Below are positions 36,076-37,661 of a DNA stretch of 37,661 nt, piece after piece (the stretch's first letter is position 1; each line of letters begins with the position of its first letter). The position numbers were made by a program, and so were the translations under genes. The DNA is from a virus. Taxonomy: Duplodnaviria > Heunggongvirae > Uroviricota > Caudoviricetes. Below the pieces are notes generated by a model, which was not told the DNA's origin, did no database searches, and worked only from the letters and a program-made list of their open reading frames with translations. The stretch is from IMG/VR virus record IMGVR_UViG_2526164599_000009, positions 1-37,661 of that record. The stretch is one strand, 5' to 3'.

Positions 36076-36266
36076 CAGGCAGAATTGCCGGAGTAACAAA
36101 AAAGCGATAGATTACGCGCGGGTGCCTTTCGGCTGATGGTCGGAGGGAATACCCGAAGGCCAGATGTGGAAAGGCCCCGGAAAACATTTCTGTTTAACCG
36201 AGGCCCTAACATATCTACCTTAAGCAAGTGATAGGTTAGCGCCTCTCCAACAAAGGAGCAAGCGCT

Positions 36267-36393
36267 ATGTCGCAAAAATCGCTTACGGCCATCACGTTCT
36301 GCGTGACGGTAATCCTCATCATCTGGATGCTACACGGTTCGCTGTGTGAAATACGGATGAGCTTCTGGGGAGCGGAGTTTGCGGCGTTCTTAC
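36267..36393 (+). pseudogene. Small hydrophobic ORF interrupted by IS insertion
   Basis: ATG 36267 with RBS AAGGAG; MSQKSLTAITFCVTVILIIWMLHGSLCEI... runs straight into the IS left end at about 36394. Confidence 0.3.
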
Positions 36394-36447
36394 TGAACCG
36401 CCCCGGGAATCCTGGAGACTAAACTCCCTGAGAAAGAGGTAAACAGG

Positions 36448-36774
36448 ATGACTAAAAATACTCGTTTTTCCCCCGAAGTCCGTCAGAGGGCGATTCGTAT
36501 GGTTCTGGAAAGTCAGGGCGAATATGACTCACAGTGGGCGGCAATTTGTTCCATTGCCCCAAAGATTGACTGTACACCGGAGACTCTGCGTGTCTGGGTA
36601 CGCCAGCATGAGCGGGATACCGGAGGCGGTGATGGCGGGCTCACCACCGCTGAACGTCAGCGTCTGAAAGAGCTGGAACGTGAAAATCGTGAACTGCGCC
36701 GCAGTAACGATATCCTTCGCCAGGCTTCCGCTTATTTTGCGAAGGCGGAGTTCGACCGCCTCTGGAAAAAGTGA
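36448..36774 (+). CDS. IS3-family transposase OrfA (HTH, leucine zipper)
   Basis: [22 protein letters not shown]...[29 protein letters not shown] matches IS629-group OrfA as recalled. Confidence 0.85.
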   Translation: MTKNTRFSPEVRQRAIRMVLESQGEYDSQWAAICSIAPKIDCTPETLRVWVRQHERDTGGGDGGLTTAERQRLKELERENRELRRSNDILRQASAYFAKAEFDRLWKK

Positions 36775-37661
36775 TGCCACTGCTGGATAAGCTGCGTAAG
36801 CTGTACGGGGTCGGACCGGTATGCAGTGAACTACATATTGCCCCGTCAACGTATTACCACTGTCAGCAACAGCGACATCATCCTGATAAACGCAGTGCCC
36901 GTGCGCAGCGCGATGACTGGCTGAAGAAAGAGATACTGCGCGTATACGATGGGAATCATCAGGTATACGGTGTGCGTAAAGTCTGGCGTCAGTTGTTACG
37001 GGAAGGAATCAGGGTAGCCAGATGTACAGTGGCGCGCCTCATGGCGGTTATGGGACTTGCCGGTGTTCTCCGGGGTAAAAAGGTCCGCACTACCGTCAGC
37101 CGGAAAGCCGTTGCCGCAGGCGACCGCGTAAACCGTCAGTTTGTGGCAGAACGTCCTGACCAGTTGTGGGTGGCTGATTTTACTTACGTCAGCACATGGC
37201 AGGGGGTCGTCTATGTGGCGTTCATCATTGATGTGTTTGCCGGATACATCGTGGGGTGGCGGGTCTCATCGTCTATGGAAACGACATTCGTGCTGGATGC
37301 TCTGGAGCAGGCGTTATGGGCCCGTCGACCGTCCGGCACAGTCCATCACAGTGATAAAGGTTCTCAGTATGTATCGCTGGCCTACACACAGCGGCTTAAG
37401 GAAGCCGGATTACTGGCATCAACAGGAAGTACTGGTGACTCGTATGACAACGCGATGGCGGAGAGCATCAATGGCCTTTACAAAGCGGAGGTAATACACC
37501 GTAAGAGCTGGAAAAACCGGACAGAAGTGGAGCTGGCCACACTCACGTGGGTGGACTGGTATAACAATCGACGATTGCTGGGAAGGCTGGGCCATACTCC
37601 TCCGGCAGAAGCAGAAAAAGCTTATTATGCTTCCATCGGAAACGATGATCTGGCAGCCTGA
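36771..37661 (+). CDS. IS3-family transposase OrfB (DDE catalytic domain)
   Basis: -1 frame relative to orf[18 protein letters not shown] and [13 protein letters not shown] motifs; stop at the last 3 bases of the window. Confidence 0.85.
   Translation: MMPLLDKLRKLYGVGPVCSELHIAPSTYYHCQQQRHHPDKRSARAQRDDWLKKEILRVYDGNHQVYGVRKVWRQLLREGIRVARCTVARLMAVMGLAGVLRGKKVRTTVSRKAVAAGDRVNRQFVAERPDQLWVADFTYVSTWQGVVYVAFIIDVFAGYIVGWRVSSSMETTFVLDALEQALWARRPSGTVHHSDKGSQYVSLAYTQRLKEAGLLASTGSTGDSYDNAMAESINGLYKAEVIHRKSWKNRTEVELATLTWVDWYNNRRLLGRLGHTPPAEAEKAYYASIGNDDLAA

Larger units (their letters stand above)
36394..37661 (+). mobile_element. IS3-family insertion sequence (IS629/IS1203/IS3411-like), partial, truncated by window end
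   Basis: left terminal inverted repeat begins TGAACCGCCCCGGGAATCC; orfA and orfB in 0/-1 frames with A6G slippery site; orfB carries an integrase-type DDE catalytic core. Confidence 0.85.

Noticed and set aside
36076-36266. Looked for a tRNA 3'-end fragment marking attR after ogr
   Set aside because: No convincing tRNA acceptor/T-arm-like sequence recognised by eye; the att core cannot be defined without the left flank, which is outside the window.

Overview
The window is almost entirely a P2/186-like temperate myovirus prophage, read from the integrase end (int stop codon at bases 1-3, so attL is outside the window) to the ogr late activator (~36.1 kb). It is followed by a small interrupted ORF and a partial IS3-family insertion sequence that runs off the right edge. 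Gene order is: int, a three-gene cargo module, an HTH repressor, an early region of small ORFs, rolling-circle replication gene A, an accessory island (parMR-like partition genes plus a four-gene operon that opens with a ClpX zinc-finger-domain protein) at the position where P2 carries tin/old, then Q-P, O-N-M-L-X, a lysis cassette, R-S-V-W-J-I-H, a multiple-inversion tail-fibre locus with a Hin/Gin-type invertase, an inverted FI-FII-E-T-U block, D and ogr. The strongest candidates for an undescribed system are the integrase-proximal cargo module and the four-gene operon in the A-to-cos island. All calls come from reading the sequence and recalled family motifs; no database search was run. No rRNA, tRNA or CRISPR array was recognised.
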